Positions 52,540 through 64,000 of a stretch of DNA of 64,000 bases are shown piece after piece (within the stretch, counting starts at the first letter, position 1; each line of letters opens with the position of its first letter). The translations under genes were made by a program, and so were the position numbers. The notes beneath the pieces were generated by a model that saw only the letters and a program-made list of their open reading frames with translations, had not been told where the DNA came from and did not search any database. Origin of the DNA: Marsupella aquatica (lineage: Eukaryota > Plantae > Marchantiophyta); contig OZ316895.1 in assembly GCA_973895155.1 (NCBI GenBank), forward strand, positions 10,280,184 to 10,344,183, read 5' to 3'.

Positions 52540-53045
52540 CGTTACACTTTGGATTCCAGAAATCATATTTTAGGTTTTTGTGTTGGAGGTACTTCCGGAA
52601 CATAATTGGTCATACTTTCCTCTGGTGGGTCCGTCTGCCCCGTGTGCATACTTGTGGTGGAGGTAGGCTCATCGCCGCTAAGTTGTCGCGTGTACGAACA
52701 AAACCAATCTCGACCGAGGACCTTTGCCTAGGGTACAAAACCCGACAGGAATCTCTCTCAACCTTATGCGCTGACTGAATGCTGTCAATGAAGCGTGTAC
52801 CGGCAAGCGAACACTACTTTGGATTCCAGAAATCATCATTCTTTATGTTTTCGTGTTACACGAACATACATTCCTCGACGGGTCATTCTGCCCCGTGTGC
52901 ACTCTTCTGGTCCCCGAAGCTGTCGTCGTGTACGAAGAAACCATTCTCGACCGAGGACCTGCTCCTAGGATAGAAAACCCGACAGAATTCTCACTCGAGT
53001 TTCAACAATATGCGCTGACTGTGGCTGTCACTGAACGGTGGAGCT
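52540..53045. repeat. Diverged ~270 bp tandem duplication (non-coding)
   Basis: Paired blocks CTTTGGATTCCAGAAATCAT (52547/52817), CTGCCCCGTGTGCA, TCTCGACCGAGGACCT, AAAACCCGACAG, TATGCGCTGACTG. Confidence 0.85.
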
Positions 53046-53917
53046 GCGAGCCAACAAACGCCAGTCCGGGATTTGTCTGCTCCAATTACGGAATGAGCTC
53101 CCGCGCAGCAGGGCTGACAAATTTAGGCTTCATCAGTTCATCCGGATTCGCCGCTGTCGATGTGCAGTGACGGATGACCGACTTGACAGAACTGATCTGC
53201 GAGGGACGAGACGCGACGCGACTTAAATAATAATCAAGACCAGACTGCGGAGTGCCAAGGTGATCAGGAAACTGATGAGAAAGCAGCACGACGCAAGATC
53301 ACATTTTTATAATTCCTCTACTGTCCCTGCGCGCACCAGGGTGATCTTCAATGATTTATATAAATTCGGCACACATCCTCAGTTATTTTCTGAAGATGTG
53401 TTATGTATCATTGAGGGGTCGTTCTGAATCAGAACTGAAGATGACTTACGTTTTACAACCTCCCCACCTCCCCACCTCCCAGCCTCTAATAGGAGAGTAT
53501 ATCGTGTTTCACCCTCTGTTTTAGACTGAAGCGCTGGCTGCAGGAAAGTAAAAGCACAAACCTCTCCCTAGTTATTGTGTGAACATGTTTTTGCTACCAA
53601 GATTGAAAGGTAAAACGAAGCTCTACAAGTATTCGGGACTACACGTTCAAAGAAGTATGCCAGCTAAGATAGACCAATGAGGAAACACTCATGAAGCTTC
53701 AGCAGCGCGGATCTCTCAATCCTCTCACCATTGGATCCAACATAGTGATTTTGTGCAATTACATTTGAACCGACACCTGCCATCTTGGTTGCCCGGAACA
53801 CCCTGGGCTGGCTCTTCACATCTCGAGAGCTTAGCGGGAGCTGCATGGGCAGTGTACCTCATCACTAACTTGGTCTAGCTCACCATTTGAGCACTAGTCA
53901 CTTTTATTAGTTCATTA

Positions 53918-54401
53918 GGGCATCTCAAAGCTGGGTCTATATATCCCATAACTCTGGTTATGGGACCCAATTATAAAATTTTAAAAATGAAGGGAAGTAC
54001 CATTGACCCCAATTATAGAATTTTAAAAATGAAGGGAAGTACCATTGACCCCAATTATAGAATTTTGAAAATGGACCCGCCCCATAAGGTAAGACTTACG
54101 GCCTTACCGGTCTCATAGCCTATATACTTTCTACCTTCATTGTTGATCAGTCTCCACCTTAAATGCCAGCAGCCATCACCACGACAGGCTCAAAGTCCAC
54201 CATGTGCTTCAGTTGTGACTTTCTGGAGTTCTGAAGTCCTGGATTTCCAGATTTGTGCCTAAAATTTTGGGTTAAATGTTGAGCCCATGCCCTTTCCTAA
54301 CTACAGCTGAAGATTGACTCCCATAATTTTTATGGGAATTCCCTTTAACATTGGATTTATGGGAAGGACTTCTCTTGGTAAGGTCAGGCTTTGAGACACC
54401 C
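53918..54401. mobile_element. MITE, copy 2 (best preserved)
   Basis: TIRs GGGCATCTCAAAGC / GCTTTGAGACACCC with TA on both flanks; internal 42-bp tandem duplication at about 53963-54072. Confidence 0.85.
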
Positions 54402-55384
54402 TATTGAAGTAGAAAAGGGTGTCGCCTGCCAGTTTGGATGCCTAAGGTCTAAAGCCCCATAGCTGTCCTACGTGCAGAACAGTCAAAGGATAGTAAAGTG
54501 CAGTTTTGAAACCACACCTCACATGCAAGTACCATCCATTCACATAGAGTATCTCTATCTTTTGGCTGCACCTTGCACCTTGAAAGATGATGAAGTGTTG
54601 TTGTGTGAGCTTACTAAACGAATGATCCCAAGGAAATGAGAAGGAAGTATGACAATCTGAAATATCTTGATACAATGATATTAATGCCCCCGTTTAATTT
54701 TGAAAGATCTTGACATTTTGTTCCTGAAGACACAGTGCTGGCCAGAGCCTTTTGAATTAGCTCTGTTTGGTGGGTGAGCAAGTTTCACATTTATAAGAAA
54801 CAATTTGTGGAGTCATTGTGAATAAGGTATGCAGGTTGAAAGGCAAGTTCCAGAGTACATTTGTCCAGCCTTATGGCACAAAGTTATGGATCACAAAATT
54901 GGTAATCCAGAACTTCTTCTGTCCGTAACCTCAACGTAGTAGTTACGGTCCATGAATGTTGAGGCTCGAGACCCCCTATTCAGAGTCAAACGGTCCATGA
55001 AACCTGGCTTTGTAGTGTGTGGACTAGGCCAGGAGATGGTGAGGAGTGTCACAGTTCCCTCTCTTGGACTATGGGGCACTTCTTGACAAAGCACAACAAG
55101 CTTGTAAAGCGTGATTGTTGATTGTTAGTGGTAGTATAAAAGTCATCGTATTAGCAGAATCATAATGGCAGGATCCTTGAATGTGGGAGTCTACTCACCT
55201 GTTTCTAGTACCTTTTAGCCAAGGCCACTACTTTGAAATACTCGCCCCAACCAGAATTCGAAGAAAGGGGCGCTTAAATCCTAGCCACTTTGCATTGCTG
55301 GAAATTTTGAATGGGAGTTTCAAGGTCTGGCGTTCCTCTACAATTTGGATTAAAGAGTGTTGTGTGCGAAGCCACACAAGATAT

Positions 55385-55808
55385 GACTCCTTATATCCCA
55401 ATAGTGCCCCTCGAGGTTATATAATATATCAATTTTCTTTCCTTCTCAGACAGCTCTCACTCTAAATGCAACAGCCATCATCGCCTCAAGCCCAAAGCCC
55501 AAATGTTTTCAAGAATACCTTTTTGGATTTCTGAATGTCTGGCCTGATGCCTAAAATTATGGGAAAGTTGTTTAAGCTTATTGTTTAAAAGTTGAGACCG
55601 TGCACTTTCTTCATTGTAGCCGAGCATTGGCTCTCACAACTTTTATGGGACTTCCATAATTCTTGAGTTTTGAGATCCCATAATGAAGACCTGCGAAGGC
55701 AAGAGTGTACCTGGGGGATGCAAACATGGGCTCCCACAACTTTATGGGACTTCCCATAAGTCTTCTGAGTTGTAACGCTATACTGGTATGACTGAGTTTT
55801 GAGACCCC
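55385..55808. mobile_element. MITE, copy 3 (partial, with duplicated right end)
   Basis: CAGCCATCA, GCCTAAAATT, TTTATGGGA.TTCCCATAA blocks and two right-TIR-like ends, TTTTGAGATCCC (about 55668) and TTTTGAGACCCC (about 55797). Confidence 0.6.
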
Positions 55809-56254
55809 TTAGTGAAGACCTCTCAAGGCAAGAAGAGTGTACCTGGAGAGAATGCATTGTGAATAGAATTGCAGAATTGGGAGTCACATGGGACAGCAGT
55901 CATGTAGCATGACCTGCTTAGACCTCTCGTCCCATATTTTCAATCTTCATACTCTTTTGATAATTACAAATTGTAATTTCATCACTTTAAACTCCACAAC
56001 CTCTTAATTTTGCAAGTCTGATAACTTTTCTGCTTCATTATGTACACTTAGTCTTCAAGGATACAGGGCCTGAAATGACAATACGTGGCAATGCAACTGA
56101 CAACATTCCTAGTGGAAACAAGATGGCTTGTAGTTAAAAGGCAGATACCTCTAAAGTCCCTGACTACTTTACTTCCTGCAACTCTATCATCAGTAGGTAG
56201 AGGCGTTCAAAACGTTTCCCGCACTATTTGCCACAATGTTCGTCAGAACTTAAA

Positions 56255-56545
56255 GAGGCTTGTGTCATGAAAGAACTATCAGGAGGCCAAATCCTGCCCG
56301 TCCAGGTGCTTAGAAATGGAGGAATCTGGAAAGGTAACATAATTGTAGACATCTGTCTGTACTATTGATATTGAGATGTTCCCAACATAGTTGTTACATA
56401 GAAGGCTTATGTCATGAAGGAAGTATCAGAGGCCAAATCCTGCCCATCCAGATGCTTATATTTGGAGGAACCGGAAGAGGCAACATAATTGTCTACATCT
56501 GTCTGTATTGTGTATATTGAGATGCTCCCAACACAGACGCTACAA
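56255..56545. repeat. ~147 bp tandem duplication downstream of the glyoxalase-like gene
   Basis: AGGCTT.TGTCATGAA, GAGGCCAAATCCTGCCC.TCCAG.TGCTTA, AACATAATTGT..ACATCTGTCTGTA, TATTGAGATG.TCCCAACA each occur twice. Confidence 0.9.
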
Positions 56546-56743
56546 AGAAATATTCAGTAACATCTAGAAACATAATCGTATACACTGTCATCCTATGTTT
56601 CTCATTTCGACGACCTTCAGCCATTCCAACTAAACAATTCTCCCACATTCCTGTTCTCTTGCATTCTTTCTCTTATGATATATAACACATCAAATACAAA
56701 CAAAGATATTCACAGTTGAGGAACACCACCCCTGATATGACAT

Positions 56744-58950
56744 CTAATTTGCTAGTGTAAATTCCACACAGTTCCCATCGGGATCACGGGCGAACAGGGC
56801 TGGCCGTCCAGACGAGCTTTGCGAATAGGGGATTCCTGTATGGATTGCCACAAAATGGTAAGGTTTGCATGGATGACGGAAAACTGACATTCCCACCACT
56901 GCAGAAATGTAAAACGATGAATTCCTCAGCCATGATATCACAAATTCATCACAACTTGCAAACAAGCCTCACCTGCTTTCTCCAAAACAACTTTCAGACC
57001 GTCCAAACTTTTCAGGGCTACACAGGTATGTCGATCACGGCCGCCATAGGCAGGACGGCCAGTCAGAGGGTCTGGATTCGGTAGTTCCATCACATGGATC
57101 ATTTCTGCTCCAACCCAGAACCAAGCTCCCCTATACGGCAGTGTATCATTAGGTCGATCCGGGTTGATCTTTAAACCTAAGCACAACACAAGCATTTTAA
57201 AGTCTCAAATCAGTTATTATCATCTGATTGGTAAGCACATTTGCAGTCCTAGTACGGGGCAAAGAGTTTCACTACTTTGTAGGGCAGCAGCACACCCGCA
57301 TGCTTCGGTGCCTTCATACAAGTAAAGTACCCACAATAGAGGCATCTCTTCCACATACAGCTGCAAGTTGAAGAGAGTAGACTAATGTTTCAAGGAGAAA
57401 CTGAACACCAAGGTGCCTACGTGACTGCTACGTTCCATCCCCATACAGCTTGAATCCCACCGAAGAGTGAAATATAGAATCCGTTGGTTATCATCCAATA
57501 CAAACAGCAGGAGAACGCTATCTATACTCAAGACTTGCTTCGCCCTTGGAAAATCAGAAACCTCTATGCACATTATCAGTTGCATTGCAAGTATAAAAAT
57601 ATATTCTCCTTGAAAATGCCGAAGTTGTCGTAGTGCATTACAGGGAGATACGATATGGTTGGAATACTTCAGGACGCTGGAAAAAATTGTACGTTAATTC
57701 ACCCGTCCAAAATATTGTCCAATCCCATTCAGACAACGGTATCATACCTAGAACTCCTTGGTAGAATTCGAGAGACCGCTCCAAATTTTCACATATCACC
57801 CCTACATGATGCACACCTGTGAAGTCAAGACCTACAAAAAGTGGATTGTCAGTTTAATCTCCAAGGGCCTCGCAAAGCTTAAAAAAAGAGTCCACCTGCA
57901 ATGCGAATATTTTGACATTTAGCAAAGGTGTCCAGACTTAGCACCCACCAATAACATGAAGATTCATTAAGGTTACTGGAGCGGTGAATGTCAAAGGAGC
58001 TAGTTTTATCTGTGACCAATATCCGGCATGTTTACGAGATACAAAATGATCCCAGGTTAAACTTCTGTAGATTTCAGACATCAGGATGCAACAAGTTTGC
58101 ATACAACAACTCATGTGAAGAGAAAGAACCGAAAAGCTGATTTACTTGGGCTAGTAGGCACTTGCGTCTGTGGAGTGACAATTCCGCTCTGCTCCTGAAC
58201 AGGAGAGACAGCACGTGGACTCAATCGCTGTAGCTTGATGTTGGAGAATCGGTTGACATTCTGGCTCGATAAGAACTTGCTTGATGCAGCTCCTTTCTGA
58301 CAGTAACAGAGATCCCCCAATATTGAAAACAAGGTTGCGAAGTCCTAAATTCTAGTGAACAAAACAGTCCAACACAACGAAGGTTTTGAATGCCATGAAA
58401 CATTCCAGGAAGTTCTAACCACATGCGAGTTATTGCTGTCATATGGAATCTGCATGAACTTATTAAAATTAAAATCACAGAAGTCTCTTAAGTCCCTCTC
58501 CACGTAGGAATTGATTTGAAGCCTCAGTCTTCACAGATGAGGCGGTAGGAGTGACTGCTGGGCGTCTGACCGAGGGCTGTGAATGCTCACTTGATAATAA
58601 ACTGTGAGACAACCTGCTCCTTCTCTTCTTTCCCAGACGTTTAAAGCTAAAAATTTGAATCTGGGATAACACGAACTAAAACTTCCGCTATTAAAACCTT
58701 CACCCTTATTTAAGCAGCATCAAAGCATGGTCCAGTTCATTACTTAGACTTCCCACTCCTCACCTCACTGATACAGAAATCTGTAATTATCCCAGGGGTT
58801 AAAGGTTTGAGCAAAGCATTCGAAAGCATTCACAGCCTTAATGTTAGTGATTGACCTTCACTGTGAGGAAACAATTCAGTAGGGTGTAGGAATTCGTACA
58901 ATTTGCGAAGATGGTTGAAGCAGAGCATTCCCGGTGAGTACGAACGCCAT
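56744..58950 (-). CDS. Glyoxalase I-like / VOC-family protein, probably plastid-targeted (193 aa). Exons 58950-58900, 58296-58146, 57831-57748, 57176-56973, 56835-56744
   Basis: In-frame GT-AG joins give GVHHVGVICENLERSLEFYQGVLGLKINPDRPNDTLPYRGAWFWVGAEMIHVMELPNPDP...GGRDRHTCV...GRPALFARDPDGNCVEF. The Ser/Arg-rich N-terminus is transit-peptide-like; the first exon is less certain. Confidence 0.92.
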
Positions 58951-60599
58951 AGCTTGGCTGCTTCCTTCAACCTTCTCTCAGAACAGCAGTTCACTCGATT
59001 GCGCAGCTCTGTTTCTCTCTCTGTCGGAGAGTAATTTAGCGAATGCAACTCTATCGGCTGCTTCGTGAAGACACCGCGACTCTGATCAAAAGCCTGCTCA
59101 CTGTTGTGCACAGTAACGTCGAAGAATTCCACCACAGGTCTCCACAAACCCGAAAAGCAATAAGGCTATATTTTACACTCCACCGGAATGGAATTCCCGA
59201 AACGGAAAGTGTCGTCAGATCTGGTCGTAATCCAAGAACACAGCCCTTCTGAGAAGCTGACGCAGAGGACACACAGACTCCCACCGAACCTCGAAATGCA
59301 ACTGCCCCGTACTTCGCACGGAAAGTTCAAGCCCTCCTCCTATTCAAGAGTTCACATCAAGTCCCAGAATCCAAGCTTCGGTCCACGAAGGTCGACAATT
59401 ATGCCAATACTACTCCTTGCTGGGATAAGCAAGCACGCCCAGCGAGCCAGCCAGCAAACTCTTCCTCAAATTCCTCGTTCTCTCGTCCTCGTCCTCGTCT
59501 TCGTCTTCTTCGTGTTCGTCAATACCCGCTCGGTCGTCGTCCTCTTATGCGCTGGGCATGAAATCTTAAACATGCGCCATCGCCGAAAAGCTCCTCTGCT
59601 AGACACGCACAGCCATTTCTTTCAGTATTTAAAACATTCGCTAAGGTGGCTCCCTAGTGGCCTAGGGAGTAAAGAAAGGTGGCTAGTGCATCTCCTGCCA
59701 ACTGGCGGCTAATCTTAAAGTTTAGAAGTGCACTCAGGTGACTAATTGGAACTTGAACAGCTCCACTAGCCCATTATTGGGAAAACTGTGTTAGCTCATT
59801 GTCAATGACTGACAACTGGTATGAGCTGCAGGCCAACAACCCCTATCTTGCCTAGGTTTGCCCAGGTTGCTGGCAAATGATCCTAGCCCTTGATCCTGAT
59901 GCGGCAAATGGCTGCCATTTTCTTCCCAACTTAGCCCGAGTATCATTAGCCGGACCCATTTTTAGGTAAGTTTTTGGTGAATTTTTGTCCACAGCAAAAT
60001 GATGGTGAATGTTTGCCCACAACAAAATGAAACTACTATCCAAAACGTTCTGCCCTCCGTCGCTACCATACATGTTAGGAATAAAAGCCAATATGGGGGT
60101 TAATAAATATGTTTAGCAGGTGAGTAACCCCAGAGGCAGCCCGCTGCTAAGAAGCCAGAATGACTAGGTGGTGAGGCACAGTCACGGGTTCAAGGGTTGT
60201 CCTACCTATATCCTACCCTCAACCCTGGATCCCCCTTGTTTGTGGGACAGCAATAATTGTAGAGAAGGGCTCGTCTGTTGTCCTTTTCCCGTTCCATGGC
60301 TCCCTCTCCTATTCTCTGTGTTTGACCTGGGTTGGCTATCTTATTAGTCTCTTGGGCCTTAGAGCTTTCCTTTTGCAAAAGACCTCAGGCCCCTTGCATG
60401 GCTGGTTGCTATCGGCAGAATTTCCTTTCCCTTTTGTTCAAATTTATGTATTCATTTAGAGGGGTGGAGCAACAGCTTGTGCCTTGGAGCAGAATAGCTA
60501 CTGATTAATCTAGTTAACAATTTGCTGCGGAAAAACTCAGGTTATAATCTACAGTTTATAGTGACACCTGTAGATTGTGACTATTCTTGCCAAGATATT

Positions 60600-61330
60600 T
60601 CTTTTCCCCACTTTCTAGGGGGCAAACTTGCTTATACCCGTGGAGGAAGCCAAGATTGAGGGCACAAGAACATACCTCCTTCAATTTATATGAACTTGAG
60701 AGCACTTTCAGGCAAAAGAGGTATGGATTCTAATCACTTGCCGATAGGCACATTTTTTACTCATGTGGCAAATTTTCTATGTCTAAAATGGAAGGATTTG
60801 TTGGGCTACCTTAAGCCAGCTTTCAAACACTTTCATTACATATGCAACCAAATGAGCATTATTGGTCACAACCAAGAATGGTTAGTTATGCAAGAAGAAC
60901 CAAAGGTTAGTATTTGTGCTTTTGAGGCAAGGCAAAGAAAAATGGTTAGACCCCATAAATGTAAAACCAATTGAAAACTGAAAAGTAAAAATGGGTAAAA
61001 GCAAGCAACCTTTGGATTGGTTGTCATTGATAATAAGAGTTTCCTGGTAAATTATTTGAATTTTCTATTTGATTGACAAAGTTTTGAAATAACCATGGGT
61101 AGAAAGAAATTCTTGAGCTTCTATGATGACATCAGAAACTCTTCTGTCACTATGGACAGTGGAATACAAATGGAATGTGAGAAACCCTTTGGCTACAGTG
61201 GGAATACCAAGGGAATGTAAGAAACTCCTTGGCTACTTTAACATTTTGCATGGACTATATGGAATGACTATATGGAATGTTATATGGACTGCAAGGGAAG
61301 ATTTGAATTGTTACCATGAATAGTCTCTTC
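60600..61330 (+). mobile_element. Possible highly decayed L1 LINE 3' fragment
   Basis: TIWNVIWTAREDL and upstream ETLLSLW..EYKWNV resemble the C-terminal zf-RVT region of LINE ORF2. Weak. Confidence 0.3.
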
Positions 61331-62000
61331 TTTTTGTCCTCTCATTTCCATACTGGAAACTCTTCCAATATGCAACTCTTCCAATATGCAACTCTTCATC
61401 ACCCGAACTTTGTTAGTTAACATCAAACTTACCTAACCAAACTCTTCATAGCCCCAACTTGTTAATTAACATCAAAATTACATAAGCAATGGTCCTTGAA
61501 TTAATTACTACTGTCCAGATCTTTGCGAGTTCAGTTTAACAGGCATCCCGGATGAATCAGGATACTCCTACCTACCTAAGCCCAATAAAACACCTACTGT
61601 AGGTGATAGGGAAGGGATCGACTCACCTGGACATTTTCTGTGCAATAACACATTGGATTAGCAATTCTTTAAGTCTCAAACAAGTTTAGGAATACTTTAA
61701 GAGCTGTACAGTTGACTGGGACTGGACCATACCTTGGTGCAAAGGGATAGAGTGACCAGGGCATGCACTTATTCTGGATAAAAATAAGATTAGTTTAGTG
61801 CTCAAATTATTTGTCCAATCTTAGTTGAAATAGTGCTACTCTTCATCATTTCTCTGTTTACTTAGAGAGTAGGTGAGACTGAAATCCATGCCATACTAGA
61901 AGCCTAATAAATTGCTCCCAATAACCGTTTCAAAAATCTAGGGGCTTCTGCCAACCTCCTGAATAATCCTCGAGCACCTGAAAAATCGTCTGGACAAGCA

Positions 62001-62162
62001 ATACATGGATGGATGAGCATTTTGTTCCAGGTCCAGCTTTTGACAGATGGATGAGAATTTGCAATATTTGTTGACATTTGAAGATACATAGATGGATGAG
62101 CTTTCTGTTCCAGCTCCAAGTTATTGACAGATGTATGAGCGTTTGCAAAATTTGTTGTCGAT
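62001..62162. repeat. ~83 bp tandem duplication
   Basis: ATACAT.GATGGATGAGC.TT.TGTTCCAG.TCCA...TTGACAGATG.ATGAG..TTTGCAA.ATTTGTTG occurs twice. Confidence 0.85.
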
Positions 62163-63228
62163 GATCGAGAGTCCAGCAGTCACTCAAATTTAGATCACGG
62201 ATCAAAACCAGGAAAAGGAACTGCGATTCTGAGGTTCACGCTTTGAGCATCCAAGAACACGGATGGTACTATGATCGATACAACATTGTGCTTATTCTGT
62301 CCTCAGAGTAAACCGTAGACATCTACTCGTAATAGGAACACCATGAGATAAAATGGATAGCTACCGAGGAATCGCAACAACAGACTCGGAACATTTGTGA
62401 GGACGCGACTGCACTGTTTTCTACCACATAATCACAAACAATGTCACTTACAAACACGAAGTTCTCTTGACTACAATAACAGGTAATCTGGAAAAAGATT
62501 TTTTGCACTGAATCTGAGATTCTAAAATGGACCTTTTGGCATGAGAATATGCACGGAGTATAAGAAGAAATTTCCAAGTTAATCTTACTCGCTTCCTAAG
62601 CTGTGGATGTACCCTTGAGTCTCAACCAGCTAATTTTGTAAAGACCAGTACCAGCGGGAGACTTTAAGGTATGTTCCCTTCTTGCTAAACCCTAAACCCT
62701 CATCATAGAGGGCATAAGAGCAGCCAATCTGAAAACCCATACATGAGATGCTACCCAGTTAGAACTACTCCTCGCGGTACTTTCTTTTCCCTTAAGAAAT
62801 CACTTCTTTCAGGAGTTCCCCCATCTGAACTCATGTATTCCTCTTTGTAAGTCAACTGAATCAGAAATGGACACTGGCAAGGAGTCATCCGCATTACACA
62901 CAAACAAGATTTCCATCCTTTACAACCAGTGATGTTTCAGGAGCGAAATGTCATATTATTTTACTGAAAGATACTCACCTGCACATTAAAAAGTCGGGTA
63001 AGATTCTACTGGTGAAACTCACCCTTCTCTTAGAAATTCAGGACATAACTTGCAGGCCCGTGTAACAGACGTTTGATACGTGTGGTTTTGGACACAGTGC
63101 TGTGTGTAGGTCACGGGCAATGGCTGTCCACTACCTGTAAATGCCTCCACAAAAGGAGTATTGTCTTCATTTCATCAACACTCGAGTTAAATCAAGGAAA
63201 CGCATGTTTGTGACAGACTTACCCTATC

Positions 63229-63865
63229 TCAGTATGATTTGCCGCAATGAATCAAACTCCCAGCTCCCAAAAAAAGACCAAACACAGCTGCACTTCCGAG
63301 TGTGGTTTGTCCAATGTACCGCACCTTTAACAAGCCAGGTACCTGCGAGATTGGACAGTGTGTTTGATACGTTGAATGATTAATACAGTCTGCGACTAAA
63401 TGTCTTTCTAAAGATGAGGAGAATAAAGGATCGCCTAATCTAGACAATGATTTCCTAAAATTTTCAAGCTGAGAATTCATAGAAGATCGAACCAACTCTA
63501 CCTACCCACAAGAAGTCCACAGAGCTGTGTTTCCAGCTAAAGCATTCCACGGCAGATTCTTCTATCGGAGTTGACGGAGCGAGACAGGGAGACAGGCCCT
63601 GTAGCTACTCATTCTTCTTTATGCGAAACCCTAAACTGTCTATGATCAGCGTCGTCTGTCTAAACTAGGAAAATGCCTAAATCTGGGATGCCCTGTTAAA
63701 TGAGAAAACTAACAGATGTGCCCCCAAGAGAGAAAACGGAAATCGAAAACATCGTGAGGCAGTATGCCGAACACACATAATTCTGATCAAAGCAAAAGCG
63801 AAGACACGACTAGACTAAATCACATACCTTGAATCTAAAGGCTTCATAAGTTCCATAGACGGCAC
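63229..63865 (-). CDS. ROMO1: Reactive oxygen species modulator 1 / mitochondrial TIM23 subunit Mgr2, 5' part outside window. Exons 63865-63828, 63342-63229
   Basis: GAVYGTYEAFRFK|VPGLLKVRYIGQTTLGSAAVFGLFLGAGSLIHCGKSY* is the plant Romo1/Mgr2 C-terminal half; splice sites are canonical. Confidence 0.93.
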
Positions 63866-64000
63866 CTGGACCAAACCACGGCACTGTGAGATTACAGGAC
63901 GTGACCTCAAGGTAGTCGACAACATAATACATTTGTTCCAGTGATACAAATAGGATAAAGGAATTCATTTTACTTTAGTGTGAGGGCCTTTCGTTCCCCG

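Noticed and set aside
61512-61633. 122-bp TGTCCAG...CTGGACA segment resembling a mini-LTR
   Set aside because: No target-site duplication (ACTAC versus TTTTC) and no second copy in the window.
9642-62162. CRISPR-like reading of the tandem repeats
   Set aside because: Eukaryotic context, whole-unit homology rather than unique spacers, only 2-4 copies each, and no cas genes.

Overview
Eukaryotic nuclear DNA from a land plant. Gene content, long UTR-like regions and TE types suggest a bryophyte, probably a liverwort (inference). Six intron-containing protein genes were assembled by hand from splice sites and reading frame: (1) a very long LHP1/HP1-type chromo + chromoshadow protein (minus, runs off the left edge); (2) CCB4, a cytochrome b6f heme-ci assembly factor (plus, 7 exons); (3) a 15-exon coiled-coil gene resembling the synaptonemal-complex central element protein SCEP1 (minus); (4) a conserved uncharacterised kinase-like protein (plus); (5) a plastid-type VOC/glyoxalase-I-like gene (minus); (6) ROMO1/MGR2 (minus, runs off the right edge). 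The window also has a tRNA-Val(AAC) gene, a PPR pseudogene and a TE-rich block at about 6.8-18.4 kb (Copia remnant with LTR, a solo LTR with TSD, a truncated L1 LINE and a segment with decayed TE accessory ORFs). A MITE family occurs in three copies, and there are several tandem duplications. The most notable structures are an AT-AC (U12-type) intron next to a GC-AG intron around a 60-nt exon in the SCEP1-like gene, and an LHP1 of more than 1000 aa. I found no clearly new multi-gene system. All homology calls come from recalled family motifs; no searches were run.
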